This document shows, in pieces, positions 46,774-55,969 of a DNA stretch of 64,000 bases (position 1 is the stretch's first letter; every line of letters starts with the position of its first letter). The stretch covers positions 6,989 through 70,988 of the forward strand of contig JANIHI010000008.1 of NCBI GenBank assembly GCA_024518585.1, in the 5' to 3' direction. The notes under the pieces were generated by a model. That model searched no databases and was not told the origin of the DNA. It was given only the letters and a program-made list of their open reading frames with translations. Source of the stretch: Methanolinea sp. Its GTDB lineage: Archaea > Halobacteriota > Methanomicrobia > Methanomicrobiales > Methanospirillaceae. The translations under genes and the position numbers were made by a program.

Positions 46774-47999
46774 CCCTGCAGCCTCCTTGTCTTCTCCACG
46801 GAGAGACGGTGGAGGTCATCCTTGGAGAGAATGGACCTCCTGTTGTCCTGCACGATGGCTACCCTGTCGGTGCAGGAGAGGCACGGATCAATGGACGCCA
46901 CGATGATCGGGATATCGGCAATCTGTGACCCCCGGAGCATGGGTATCCAGGACATCAGGTTCGAGTAGGACGATGCCTTGACCTTCCACGAGGCGGGGGA
47001 GTCCTTCCCCTCCATCCGGACGTAGTGGAGACACTCGCCCCGGGGGGCTTCGACCCTCCCGATACCTTCCCCCGTCGCCTTCTTGCAGGTCGCGAGGAGC
47101 TTCACCAGCTTCTCCTCGGCGGTGACAGGCCCTGCCGGCATCTCCGAGAGGCACTGCCGGATGATCTGGCAGGACTGGCCGACCTCGAGCAGGCGCACGA
47201 CGATCCTATCGTAGACATCACCGTGGGTCTCGCCCAGGTGCCGTTCGGGCAGGATGGCCTTCACGTCCAGGTCGCCGTAGGCGGCGTACGGGTAGTCCTG
47301 GCGGAGGTCGACGTTCACCCCGGATGCCCGTGCCGTCGGGCCGACAGTGCAGAGCTCGAGGGCGTCCCTGCGCGAGAGGACACCGACGTCTCGGCACCGC
47401 ATCTGGATGGTCCTGTCGTCCAGGAAGAAAGAGAGGAGGGTGTCGAGCAGCCCCTCGTACGTGGCAAGGCACTTCTCGATGACCGGGTGCTGCTCCGGCA
47501 CAATATCCCTGCGGACTCCCCCGACCTGCACGATCCCGTAGTTGACGCGGTTCCCCGTCAGGTTCTCGATCACGTCCATGGCCTCCTCCCTGACCCTCCA
47601 GGTGAGGTGGAGGAGCGAGTCGAACCCGAGCTCGTGGGCTGCAACGCCTGCCCAGAGGAGGTGGGACTGGATGCGCTCGAACTCGTGCACGATCGCCCTG
47701 ATGTAGTCCGCCCTCTCGGGGACCTCGATGCCGGCGATCTGTTCGACGGCGAGAGAGAAGGAGAGCGAGTGGACGACACCGCAGATCCCGCAGATCCTGT
47801 CGGTCAGGTGGACGATCTGGACGGGGTTCCGACGCATCCCCATCCACTCGATACCCCGGTGTGCCTGGCCGGGGGCAAAGTCGACGTCCTTGACGACCTC
47901 TCCCTCCATTTCGAAGGTAAACATCACGGGTTCCTTGAGTGCAGGGTGGTTCGGGCCTATCGGGACCCGGTACGGTGCTTTTTTCGCCTCGCCACTCAT
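46770..47999 (-). CDS. mbhL: group-4 [NiFe]-hydrogenase large subunit (NuoD-like)
   Basis: N-terminal RICGICGVVHS and C-terminal DPCLSCTDR NiFe-ligand motifs are both intact. Confidence 0.92.
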   Translation of the reverse strand: MSGEAKKAPYRVPIGPNHPALKEPVMFTFEMEGEVVKDVDFAPGQAHRGIEWMGMRRNPVQIVHLTDRICGICGVVHSLSFSLAVEQIAGIEVPERADYIRAIVHEFERIQSHLLWAGVAAHELGFDSLLHLTWRVREEAMDVIENLTGNRVNYGIVQVGGVRRDIVPEQHPVIEKCLATYEGLLDTLLSFFLDDRTIQMRCRDVGVLSRRDALELCTVGPTARASGVNVDLRQDYPYAAYGDLDVKAILPERHLGETHGDVYDRIVVRLLEVGQSCQIIRQCLSEMPAGPVTAEEKLVKLLATCKKATGEGIGRVEAPRGECLHYVRMEGKDSPASWKVKASSYSNLMSWIPMLRGSQIADIPIIVASIDPCLSCTDRVAIVQDNRRSILSKDDLHRLSVEKTRRLQG

Positions 48000-48643
48000 T
48001 TCTCAACCCCCCTTGTCAATCCTTCGGCGGGTGCCGCCGCGGGAGTTCCTTCACCGGCCGCCGTGCCGGGTCTCTTCCCTTCCACTGGCGGTGCAGGGCG
48101 ATTTTCCGGCCTCTTCGACTTCCAGAGGTCCTTTACCATTCCCTCCTGGACACCCGTCCCGTCTTTTCGCCACGGAAAGACACCGTCGGGGAAGTCCTCG
48201 GGCAGGAAGAGGCGCCTGTTGTCAGGGATGCCGGTCACCCGTATGCCAAAGAACTCCTGTTTCTCCCTCTCGGAGAAGACGGCACCCGGTATGAGGTCCG
48301 AGATGGTCGGGACCGTTGGGTCGGACTTGGGCAGGGGAATCGCGAAGGTGACCATGTACTCGCTCTTTGGACTCCCGTACTGGATGGAGAAGATGTAGAG
48401 GAGGCGGATTGCATCACCGAGGTCTGCCCCCGCGATCACCGAGAGGTGGGGGAACTGGATCTCCATCAATGCCTGGATTGCAGGTTTGAGGAAGTCGCGG
48501 TCAAGCTCGACCCAGAGGGTGTAGTGCGGCACCCTCTTTTTGCCCTGGTCCCACCTCCTGATGGAAGTATCCCTGATGCCCTGGGAAAGGCGCGAGGCCA
48601 GGTGCGCCATGACCTCTTCGGGAGTAAGAGTCCCTTCCTTCAT
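47996..48643 (-). CDS. mbhK: Mbh hydrogenase NuoC-like subunit with Pro/Ala-rich C-terminal tail
   Basis: FSEREKQEFFGIRVTGIPDNRRLFLPEDFPDGVFPWRKD is the NuoC-type motif. About 40 extra C-terminal residues (RPENRPAPPVEGKRPGTAAGEGTPAAAPAEG). Confidence 0.8.
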   Translation of the reverse strand: MKEGTLTPEEVMAHLASRLSQGIRDTSIRRWDQGKKRVPHYTLWVELDRDFLKPAIQALMEIQFPHLSVIAGADLGDAIRLLYIFSIQYGSPKSEYMVTFAIPLPKSDPTVPTISDLIPGAVFSEREKQEFFGIRVTGIPDNRRLFLPEDFPDGVFPWRKDGTGVQEGMVKDLWKSKRPENRPAPPVEGKRPGTAAGEGTPAAAPAEGLTRGVEK

Positions 48644-49074
48644 GCCTTCACCCCCTCGAGCCGTTCCAGTTTCTCAAGTGCCTTCACGACCCCGTGGATG
48701 ATCGCTTCGGGCCGTGGCGGGCAGCCCGGGACGTAGACATCGACAGGGATGACCTCGTCCACGGGACCATCCAGGTTGTACGAGTCGTAGAAGACACCGC
48801 CGGAGATCCCGCAGGCCCCGATGCACATCACGAGTTTCGGGTCGGGGATCTGCTGGTAGACCCGGAGAAGACGGTCTTTCATCCTGTGGACGACGGGGCC
48901 TGTTACGAGCATGACGTCTGCGTGCCGCGGGCTCCCGACGAGCTTTATCCCGAACCGTTCGGGGTCATACCGGGGTGTGAGGGTGGCCACGATCTCGATC
49001 TCGCACCCGTTGCAGGACCCGGAATTGAAGTGGTAGACCCAGAGTGACCGGTTGAACAGTGCATTCAGTTTCAT
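48640..49074 (-). CDS. mbhJ: [NiFe]-hydrogenase small subunit (NuoB-like)
   Basis: GSCNGCEIE, GACGISGG and PGCPPRP are the proximal-cluster motifs. Confidence 0.9.
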   Translation of the reverse strand: MKLNALFNRSLWVYHFNSGSCNGCEIEIVATLTPRYDPERFGIKLVGSPRHADVMLVTGPVVHRMKDRLLRVYQQIPDPKLVMCIGACGISGGVFYDSYNLDGPVDEVIPVDVYVPGCPPRPEAIIHGVVKALEKLERLEGVKA

Positions 49075-49418
49075 CGGAAGACCACCACCACGATGAAAAA
49101 CAGGGCAGTTATTCCCATGTACCAGAGGACGTAGTCATCGAGGTCTCCGGTGTGCAGGGGGACAAGCCGCCGGTAGTACCCGTCCATTGCATCCAGGAAT
49201 CCCCAGTAGAGGTTCCCGGAGCGGACGTGTACGAGCCCCTTCTCCGGTTCCGGGTTCCCCGATATGAAGGGTTCTGTCTGGGCGGTCCCCTTCTTGTAGC
49301 CCCTTTCACCGAGGGAGTAGAGGAAAACGGCGATGACCCCGGCGACAGCGGTCCCGAGGACCCAGAGAAGCGGGTTCCAGAAGCCGGTGCCGGTATCGAG
49401 GGTAAAAAGCATGTCCAT
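49071..49418 (-). CDS. mbhI: Mbh small membrane subunit
   Basis: 115 aa from MDMLFTLD, with two TM helices. Position and size match MbhI of the Pyrococcus-type operon. Confidence 0.65.
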   Translation of the reverse strand: MDMLFTLDTGTGFWNPLLWVLGTAVAGVIAVFLYSLGERGYKKGTAQTEPFISGNPEPEKGLVHVRSGNLYWGFLDAMDGYYRRLVPLHTGDLDDYVLWYMGITALFFIVVVVFR

Positions 49419-49422
49419 CGTC

Positions 49423-51000
49423 TCACGCTCCCCCGCCGATGACGGCGGCGATGTACATCCCCTGGTCCGCAAGGGCGTGTGCTGCCGGGGCAACAAGTGT
49501 CTCTACCACGAGGGAGGGAAAGAGCCCAAAGACGATGACCACAAGGGCGAGGATCCCCATCCCCGCGAGCATCGGACCGGGGACTTCCCTGACGTCCTTG
49601 TACTCGGGCAGGACGGGGCCCATGAAGATCGAGTGGAACACCTTGACGAACGAGGCAAGGGTCAGGATACTCACCACCATGGCAATCACGGAGAGGACGG
49701 GGTTGAAAACAAACACTGACTCGTATATCATGAGTTTCGAGGCAAACCCGTTAAAGGGGGGGATCCCGGCAATCGCGAGCGCGCCGATGATGAAAAAGAC
49801 CATGGTCCACTTCATGGAATGCCCAAGCCCCCCCATCTTGTTGAGGTCATAGGTCCCGATCCGGAAGAAAATGGCTCCCGCCGTCAGGAAGAGCAGCCCC
49901 TTGTACATGGCATGGTTGATGATGTGGAAGATCCCCCCCTCCATGGCCATGTACCCGAAGGCCTCGAGGAGAGGCTGGTTGTCGAGCACTGCAAGCCCGA
50001 CTCCCACGCCGAGGAGCATGTACCCCGTCTGCGAGACGGCATGGTAGGCCATCAGGCGTTTCACGTTCTTCTGGGGGATTGCCATTGTTACTCCCACCAC
50101 CATCGAGAGCACGCCGAGGATGATGATGAGCCAGCCGACGCAGGCGGCGTTCAGGGTGATGTTGTAGAGGGAAAACACCGTCCGGAACAGCCCGTAAAGG
50201 CTTGCCTGGCTTGCAACCACAAGGAGGGCAGTGATCGACGAGGGGGCCATCGAGTACGCGTCGGGCGTCCAGAAGTGCATGGGGACGGCCCCGCACTTCA
50301 TGGCGAGGGCAGCGATGATCAGGACAAGGGCGAGCTGGTCCAGGAGGGTAAACTGCATCCTCTGGGCAATGAGGGCCATGTTCAGGGCGTTGTATTCCCC
50401 GTAGTAGATGCCGATTGCAACGAGGATTGCGAGTGCACCAATGGTGCTCAAAACGAAGTACTTGATTGCAGCCTCTACGGCGACACCCCCGTCGATGCGG
50501 AATGCTATCAGGCCCGCCGACGCAATGGAAAGGATCTCGAGGAAGACGAAGAAATTGAAGATATCGCCTGTTGCGACCATCCCGAGGATCCCGGTGACCA
50601 TCAGGAGGAAGAGCGTGTAGTAGCTGCCCAGCCCCGAGTGGTGCCTCTCGCTCGTCAGTGAATAGATGACGACTGCAAACGCCGCGATGGCGGTGATGAC
50701 GAGCATGAGGGCGCTCATCGGGTCCACCGTGAACATGATCCGGACCGGGATGCCGCCCGAGTCCTGGGGCACTGCCAGCGTTGCCGCCTGTGCCCCGAAG
50801 ACGTAGAGCCGCGTGCCGTGTGCGTACACGTCGGACGCGAGGAGGAGGGTGATCGCCGACGTGATCGCCATCGCTCCCCCGACGACCAGCGCCCGGACAG
50901 CGGGTTTCGCTCTGCCCGCAAACGGTGCAATGAACGCTGCGACAAACGGCACGATGATCATCAGGGCGGGCGAGTTCTCGACGACAAACGCGGGGATCAT
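49423..51000 (-). CDS. mbhH: Mbh antiporter-like subunit (NuoL/M/N, MnhD-like)
   Basis: 525 aa, about 14 TM. WTPDAYSMAPSSITALL and MAYHAVSQTGYMLLG are typical proton-pumping antiporter-subunit motifs. Confidence 0.88.
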   Translation of the reverse strand: MIPAFVVENSPALMIIVPFVAAFIAPFAGRAKPAVRALVVGGAMAITSAITLLLASDVYAHGTRLYVFGAQAATLAVPQDSGGIPVRIMFTVDPMSALMLVITAIAAFAVVIYSLTSERHHSGLGSYYTLFLLMVTGILGMVATGDIFNFFVFLEILSIASAGLIAFRIDGGVAVEAAIKYFVLSTIGALAILVAIGIYYGEYNALNMALIAQRMQFTLLDQLALVLIIAALAMKCGAVPMHFWTPDAYSMAPSSITALLVVASQASLYGLFRTVFSLYNITLNAACVGWLIIILGVLSMVVGVTMAIPQKNVKRLMAYHAVSQTGYMLLGVGVGLAVLDNQPLLEAFGYMAMEGGIFHIINHAMYKGLLFLTAGAIFFRIGTYDLNKMGGLGHSMKWTMVFFIIGALAIAGIPPFNGFASKLMIYESVFVFNPVLSVIAMVVSILTLASFVKVFHSIFMGPVLPEYKDVREVPGPMLAGMGILALVVIVFGLFPSLVVETLVAPAAHALADQGMYIAAVIGGGA

Positions 51001-51350
51001 TCTTTCAGCCTCCGGAGGAACCCGATCTCAATGCTCCCGTACTTCTTCCAGATGATGATGGCAAACGAGAGCAGGAGAGCCGTTGTGGCAACCCCAATCA
51101 CGATCGATGTCAGCGTCAGGGCCTGGGGCGTGGGAAGCACCATCACCCTGTCCGGTGCGTTGGTGTAGATGGGGGCGATGCCGCCTTCCCTGTACCCGAG
51201 CGAGACGAGGAAGAGGTTGACTGCAGATTCGAGGATCATGATCCCGAGGAATATCTTGATGAGGTTTTGTTTGAGGACGATTGTCCCAAGGCCGATGATG
51301 GTGAGAACGACAACGGCCACGTACGGGAGATTGTAAAGCACCATTGTCAC
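50997..51350 (-). CDS. mbhG: Mbh NuoK/MnhC-like membrane subunit
   Basis: 117 aa, 3 TM, with ILESAVNLFLVSLG. Start is GTG 51350 or ATG 51344. Confidence 0.8.
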   Translation of the reverse strand: MTMVLYNLPYVAVVVLTIIGLGTIVLKQNLIKIFLGIMILESAVNLFLVSLGYREGGIAPIYTNAPDRVMVLPTPQALTLTSIVIGVATTALLLSFAIIIWKKYGSIEIGFLRRLKE

Positions 51351-51814
51351 GTCCTCTCACCCCCGGTCGCGGAGAACAGGTACACGAGGATGATCGCAAG
51401 ACCTCCCCAGACCTCCACCCCGACTGCGATGTTCATGACGGGGATGACACCCGCGGTGTTCAGGTCGCCCGGGTTTGGGCCCGGCGGGACCGGCAGCCCG
51501 AAGAGGAGACCGCTGTTGGCAAGGATGTTGGCAAAGAACGGCGCCCCTGCGAGCAGCCCCAGTATCCCGGCACCAATGAACAGGAGGAGGCCGAGCGATT
51601 CCTGGGCCGACAAGAATGCCTTTCTGACCATCCCGGCGATCTCCTCGTGCGAGAACGCGACGAGGACGAGGGCCGCAGCCGTCGCGATCACTGCCCCGCC
51701 CTGGAAACCCCCTCCCGGTGTCAGGTGGCCGTGAACGACCACGTAGAGACCAAAGATGATGATGAGCGGGTAGAGGATACACGCCCCGGTCCGCACGATC
51801 TTACTCATCCTCAT
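51347..51814 (-). CDS. mbhF: Mbh MnhB-domain membrane subunit
   Basis: [17 protein letters not shown] is the MnhB-domain signature. Start ambiguous (51808/51814/51823). Confidence 0.8.
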   Translation of the reverse strand: MRMSKIVRTGACILYPLIIIFGLYVVVHGHLTPGGGFQGGAVIATAAALVLVAFSHEEIAGMVRKAFLSAQESLGLLLFIGAGILGLLAGAPFFANILANSGLLFGLPVPPGPNPGDLNTAGVIPVMNIAVGVEVWGGLAIILVYLFSATGGERT

Positions 51815-52085
51815 GTTCCTCACCCTCCTTCCTCGCCCGGAACATGAGTGCCACGCCGGTCACGGCTGTAAAGAGCACCACGGACTCTCCGAGGGTATCG
51901 AACCCCCTGAAGTCGAACACGATCGATGTGACGATGTTATTTGCAGCAGCAGCCGCCTGGCCGGTCCTGATGAAATAAGTGTCCATGTCTGTTGCAGCAG
52001 GGTCCCCAAACGAGAGGAAGAGGGGTATGGTACACAGACCTGCTGCCCAGACGAGAAATATTGCGGCAACGAGGACCTTTTTCAT
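51801..52085 (-). CDS. mbhE: Mbh small membrane subunit (MnhB-related)
   Basis: 94 aa. [18 protein letters not shown] is the motif typical of the MnhB N-terminal region. 4-nt overlap with mbhD. Confidence 0.7.
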   Translation of the reverse strand: MKKVLVAAIFLVWAAGLCTIPLFLSFGDPAATDMDTYFIRTGQAAAAANNIVTSIVFDFRGFDTLGESVVLFTAVTGVALMFRARKEGEEHEDE

Positions 52086-52336
52086 GGGGTCTCCCCCTCG
52101 AACCGTGTCGTGGCCCGGATCGCGATGATGAAGATAGCTGTTGTCAGTCCTGCACCGATCGCTGCCTGAGAGATCGCGACGTCGGGGGCCTGGAGGATAT
52201 AGAACTCAAGGGAGACGAGGAACGAGAAGAATCCCGCGGCGAGGGCGGCTGCAAGCAGGTCCTTAAAGGAATAGACCAGAATAGCAGAGACTATCAAGCC
52301 GCCGATGACCGCGAGCTGGATGAGTGATTCGATCAT
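52082..52336 (-). CDS. mbhD: Mbh small membrane subunit (DUF4040/MnhB N-terminal-like)
   Basis: 84 aa from [10 protein letters not shown]. Only the last 84 codons of track ORF 52082..52717 are used. ATGA-type overlap with mbhC. Confidence 0.7.
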   Translation of the reverse strand: MIESLIQLAVIGGLIVSAILVYSFKDLLAAALAAGFFSFLVSLEFYILQAPDVAISQAAIGAGLTTAIFIIAIRATTRFEGETP

Positions 52337-52689
52337 GGAGGCACCTCCGCGAGGCGGTCGATCACTGCCTGTGCCGGCATGATCCCTGACCGGTGTGCGC
52401 CGCGTGCGATGGCATGGGACCCGATGGCGTTGGTGACCGCAAGGGCGAGTGCGGCAAGGACGGTGTGGAGGGAGAGGGTGATGTACTGCCCGTCCCCTGT
52501 GCCGATGAACTGGCTGGCACCGTAGATGATGACGGAAAGTGCCGTGAAGACGGACCCGAACGTCGTCATCTTTGTCGTTGCATGCATCCTCGTATAAACA
52601 TCGGGGAAACGCAGGAGGCCGATGATCCCGAGGCAGTTGAAGGTAGTGCCGATGACAAGGCAGGCAACGACGAGGAACTCGGCGATCAC
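52333..52689 (-). CDS. mbhC: Mbh MnhG-like subunit
   Basis: LGIIGLLRFPDVYTRMHATTK is the MnhG/PhaG signature. GTG start overlaps the mbhB stop. Confidence 0.85.
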   Translation of the reverse strand: MIAEFLVVACLVIGTTFNCLGIIGLLRFPDVYTRMHATTKMTTFGSVFTALSVIIYGASQFIGTGDGQYITLSLHTVLAALALAVTNAIGSHAIARGAHRSGIMPAQAVIDRLAEVPP

Positions 52690-52943
52690 AGTTCACCCCC
52701 GATGTACTTAGCGACATAGAGCGTGCTCACGAAGGAGAGGAGTGCGTACACGATGGCAACGTCGATGAAGATGATCTGCTGGTAGACCACGCCAAGAACG
52801 ATGAGGGCGGCAACCACGAGCGTATTGACGGTATCGACGGCAACGGCACGGTCGGCGATGGTCGGCCCGAGGACGAGCCGGACGAGTGCGAGGCAGACGA
52901 GCACGAGGAGGATGAATACGGCTATATCGAAGGGAACTGTCAT
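52686..52943 (-). CDS. mbhB: Mbh MnhF-like subunit
   Basis: 85 aa from MTVPFDIAV. LVLGPTIADRAVAVDT is the MnhF motif. ATGA overlap with mbhA. Confidence 0.85.
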   Translation of the reverse strand: MTVPFDIAVFILLVLVCLALVRLVLGPTIADRAVAVDTVNTLVVAALIVLGVVYQQIIFIDVAIVYALLSFVSTLYVAKYIGGEL

Positions 52944-53467
52944 TCGGCAATCCTCCGTATCCATGCCGGGATGTTTGCAAGCCAAAACAACTTCCGCGCT
53001 TCCACCGAGGATCGGGTCTCCCAGCCTTCCGGGACGTTGATGTTATGGACGAAGAGGTCGTTTGTCTCCTCGCCGATGTCAACGGTTATAGTCCCGGGGG
53101 TAAGTGTGATGGAATTGGCCAGGAGAAAGGCACCGAGGTCCGTCCTCATGCCTGACGGTACCCTGATGATGCCAGGCCGGATCTTTCCCGTGATGACACG
53201 GTATGCCACGTCGAGGTTGGCCCTTGTCACCTCGATGAAAAACGGCCCGAGCAGGTAGACGGGCAGGATGAGGAGGCGGACAGGATTTGCCATCCTGTAG
53301 TCCTTTCCCCGACAGAGGACCTTTCCTGCGACTGCTGCCGTGAGGAGAGCGAGCAGGACACCTGCCAGAAGTTCAGATGGTGACCACAGCCAGAGCGTGC
53401 CGCTCCCGGCTGAAAAGACGAGGTAGAGGAGGAGGGCCATGATGAAGGTAACCAGATAGGCTATCAT
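52940..53467 (-). CDS. mbhA: Mbh MnhE-like subunit
   Basis: 175 aa from MIAYLVTF (GGAGG 8 nt upstream). ANLDVAYRVITGKIRPGIIRV...ANSITLTPGT is the MnhE motif. Confidence 0.8.
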   Translation of the reverse strand: MIAYLVTFIMALLLYLVFSAGSGTLWLWSPSELLAGVLLALLTAAVAGKVLCRGKDYRMANPVRLLILPVYLLGPFFIEVTRANLDVAYRVITGKIRPGIIRVPSGMRTDLGAFLLANSITLTPGTITVDIGEETNDLFVHNINVPEGWETRSSVEARKLFWLANIPAWIRRIAE

Positions 53468-53817
53468 CCGGGCCCTCCGCACCGATGCTGTATTCGTCCG
53501 ATATGTGCCTTGATCGTCATGGGAATCACGGAGGGTTCTCGGGTGCCGGGGGCCAGTATCTCCCGGCTTTCTCCTGGGGCCCCGGTCCTGGGGCCCCCGA
53601 GATCCTTTCGCGGGAACAATACATCATGATTGATAATGAAGATACCGGAAAGAATCATCTCTTCCGGCGAATGGTGTAATTTTTCCCCGTTAACCGTCGG
53701 ATAATACGGCTCTCTCCGGCCGTTTAATCTTCCGGGAATTCTCTTTGCACTGTCTCGGCCGGGAACGTTGCATACCCGTGGATATTTATGGAAAGATCGG
53801 CACACGTCTAAGGTGCG

Positions 53818-55230
53818 ATGCCGTCCCCCCTCTCTTTCAAGGGAATGCTCTGGTGGTGCGACACGTGCCACACACCCGTCCTCTCGCGCGGGTGCTCGCG
53901 GTGCGGTGGAGTGACACGGAGGGTCATGCTCACGCCACCGGGGGATCCGCGACCGGCATTTCCTGCTGACGTGGCCCTTGTGAACCAGGTCTATTCCGAC
54001 CATTTCGGGTCCCCCCTTGTCCCGGACGGTCACCTCGCCCTCCTCAACAAGGTCCCTGATACAGACCGCATGGAAGAGGTGATCGTGGGGGGAGGGGTTG
54101 TCGGGGCGATACGCTACATCCCGGGGGAAGGGCGATGGGAGGCGATCCCGCGCATGGAATCGTTCGGACTCTCTGCCCCGGCCAGGAAGTGGGTGGTCGC
54201 TGACAACGGGGCAGCAGCTGCGATCAGGGACCGGTCTGCAAGCCTGCTCGCCCCGGGCCTCGCCGGGATCGAGCCCTCGGTCATGAAGGGCGATGAGGTT
54301 TTTGTCCTCGACGAAAAGGGAGAGTGCATTGCCGTCGGCCGGGCACGTGTTGACGCAGCCGTTGCAGAATCGATGGAACGGGGACTTGTCGTCAGGACCC
54401 GGCGGACATTTTCATCTGTCTGTGTCCCGGGGAAGGCAACGTGGGAAGATGCCGTGGCAGCAAATGCAGGGCCTCTTGCCGAACACGAGGAGGAGGCAAT
54501 CAGCTTCGTGAAAAACGTTGCACGGGGTCATGGCAGTCTCCCCCCGAATGTCTCCTATTCGGGTGGAAAGGACAGCCTCGTGACACTGATCCTCGTGACA
54601 AAAGCCCTCGGCGACGTTCCCCTCCTCTTTGCAGACACGGGTCTTGAGTTTCCCGAGACGTACGACAACGTCCGGGAGGTGGCTGCACACTTTGGCCTCC
54701 CTGTCACAGTGGCCCGGGGCAGCGAGGCGTTCTGGGAGGCTTTTTCGACCAGGGGGCCCCCTGCACGTGATTTCCGGTGGTGTTGCCGGGCAGCAAAACT
54801 TGAACCTGTCGACGGGGTCATCAGGAACACGTGGGGCGAGTGCCTCTCCTTCATCGGGCAGCGGAAGTTCGAATCGTCGCGGAGGATGGCAAGTCACCGC
54901 GTGTGGAGGAACCCGCACATCCCTGCCCAGGTCTCGGCGGCACCCATCCACCACTGGACGGCCTTGCACGTCTGGCTGTACCTCTTTCGTGAGAAAGCAC
55001 CGTATAACCGCCTCTACGAGCAGGGAGTCGACAGGATTGGGTGTTTCATGTGCCCTTCGAGCGACCTTGCCGTCATCCGACACGTCATCTCCCGCTACCC
55101 GTCCCTTTGGGAGAAGTGGGACGCTCATTTGAGAGAATGGCAGAAGGCCCGCGGCCTCCCCGATTCCTGGGTGGAAGGTGCCGGCTGGCGGGTCAGGGGT
55201 GTTTCCGGTGAAGAAGATTACAATTGTTGA
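53818..55230 (+). CDS. PAPS-reductase-family PP-loop ATPase with N-terminal zinc ribbon and PUA-like domain
   Basis: WWCDTCHTPV...CSRCGG zinc ribbon, a PUA-like middle region (...GDEVFVLDEKGECIAVGRA...), and the SYSGGKDS PP-loop. Confidence 0.75.
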   Translation: MPSPLSFKGMLWWCDTCHTPVLSRGCSRCGGVTRRVMLTPPGDPRPAFPADVALVNQVYSDHFGSPLVPDGHLALLNKVPDTDRMEEVIVGGGVVGAIRYIPGEGRWEAIPRMESFGLSAPARKWVVADNGAAAAIRDRSASLLAPGLAGIEPSVMKGDEVFVLDEKGECIAVGRARVDAAVAESMERGLVVRTRRTFSSVCVPGKATWEDAVAANAGPLAEHEEEAISFVKNVARGHGSLPPNVSYSGGKDSLVTLILVTKALGDVPLLFADTGLEFPETYDNVREVAAHFGLPVTVARGSEAFWEAFSTRGPPARDFRWCCRAAKLEPVDGVIRNTWGECLSFIGQRKFESSRRMASHRVWRNPHIPAQVSAAPIHHWTALHVWLYLFREKAPYNRLYEQGVDRIGCFMCPSSDLAVIRHVISRYPSLWEKWDAHLREWQKARGLPDSWVEGAGWRVRGVSGEEDYNC

Positions 55231-55816
55231 TTACGGTCTTGGAAACTTACGGTCGGTCTTCCGGGGTCTCGAAAAGGCCGGGGGAAGACCGGTTATCACG
55301 ACGGACCCGGCAGACGTGGCCTCTGCCAACGGGGTCGTCCTGCCGGGTGTCGGGGCATTCCGCGACGGCATGGAGCAGCTGGGGGACCTCCGGGCCGTTA
55401 TCCTCGAGGCATCACGGTCGGTCCCGCTGCTCGGGATATGCCTGGGGATGCAGATGATGCTCGAATGGAGCGAGGAACAGGGACTGCACAGGGGGCTCGC
55501 ACTCGTCCCCGGGACCGTGCGCCGGTTCCCCCGGGCCAGTGGGTTCAAGGTCCCCCACATGGGGTGGAACTCGCTCTCCCATGTCCGCGAGGACAATCCA
55601 CTCTTCGAGGGGATTCGGGCCGGCGATTACATGTATTTTGTCCACTCCTACTATGCCGATACAGAAGCGAGGTACACCCTTGCCCAAACGGAATACATCC
55701 TCCAGTTTGCATCGTCGATATGGGACGAACGGTATGTCTTTGGGGTCCAGTTCCATCCCGAGAAGAGTGGCACTCGCGGTCTTAGCCTCCTGAAAAGTTT
55801 CCTCGACCTCCTGTGA
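55208..55816 (+). CDS. hisH: imidazole glycerol phosphate synthase, glutamine amidotransferase subunit
   Basis: KKITIVDYGLGNLRSV, GICLGMQ, HSYY and QFHPEKS. The GTG 55208 start overlaps the upstream gene by 23 nt; GTG 55178/55199 are alternatives. Confidence 0.88.
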   Translation: MKKITIVDYGLGNLRSVFRGLEKAGGRPVITTDPADVASANGVVLPGVGAFRDGMEQLGDLRAVILEASRSVPLLGICLGMQMMLEWSEEQGLHRGLALVPGTVRRFPRASGFKVPHMGWNSLSHVREDNPLFEGIRAGDYMYFVHSYYADTEARYTLAQTEYILQFASSIWDERYVFGVQFHPEKSGTRGLSLLKSFLDLL

Positions 55817-55969
55817 CGAAAATTAAAAAACCCGGACAGTGACCGCCTGGACATCTTTTCGTCTCCCGTCCTCTCGTGTCCTTGCACAACGTAAGTTGGG
55901 TATTCTTCCCCCAGGGCACGCCCCCCTCCAGGGGCAAACCATATCAGAGATACCGGCCCATTTGTCACC

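Noticed and set aside
47025-48398. 457-aa plus-strand ORF and several other long ORFs across the mbh region (e.g. 47218..48006, 49819..50661, 45863..46342)
   Set aside because: They are antisense to, or out of frame with, hydrogenase subunits that carry intact signature motifs. Their translations are low-complexity (D/E/R/P/G).
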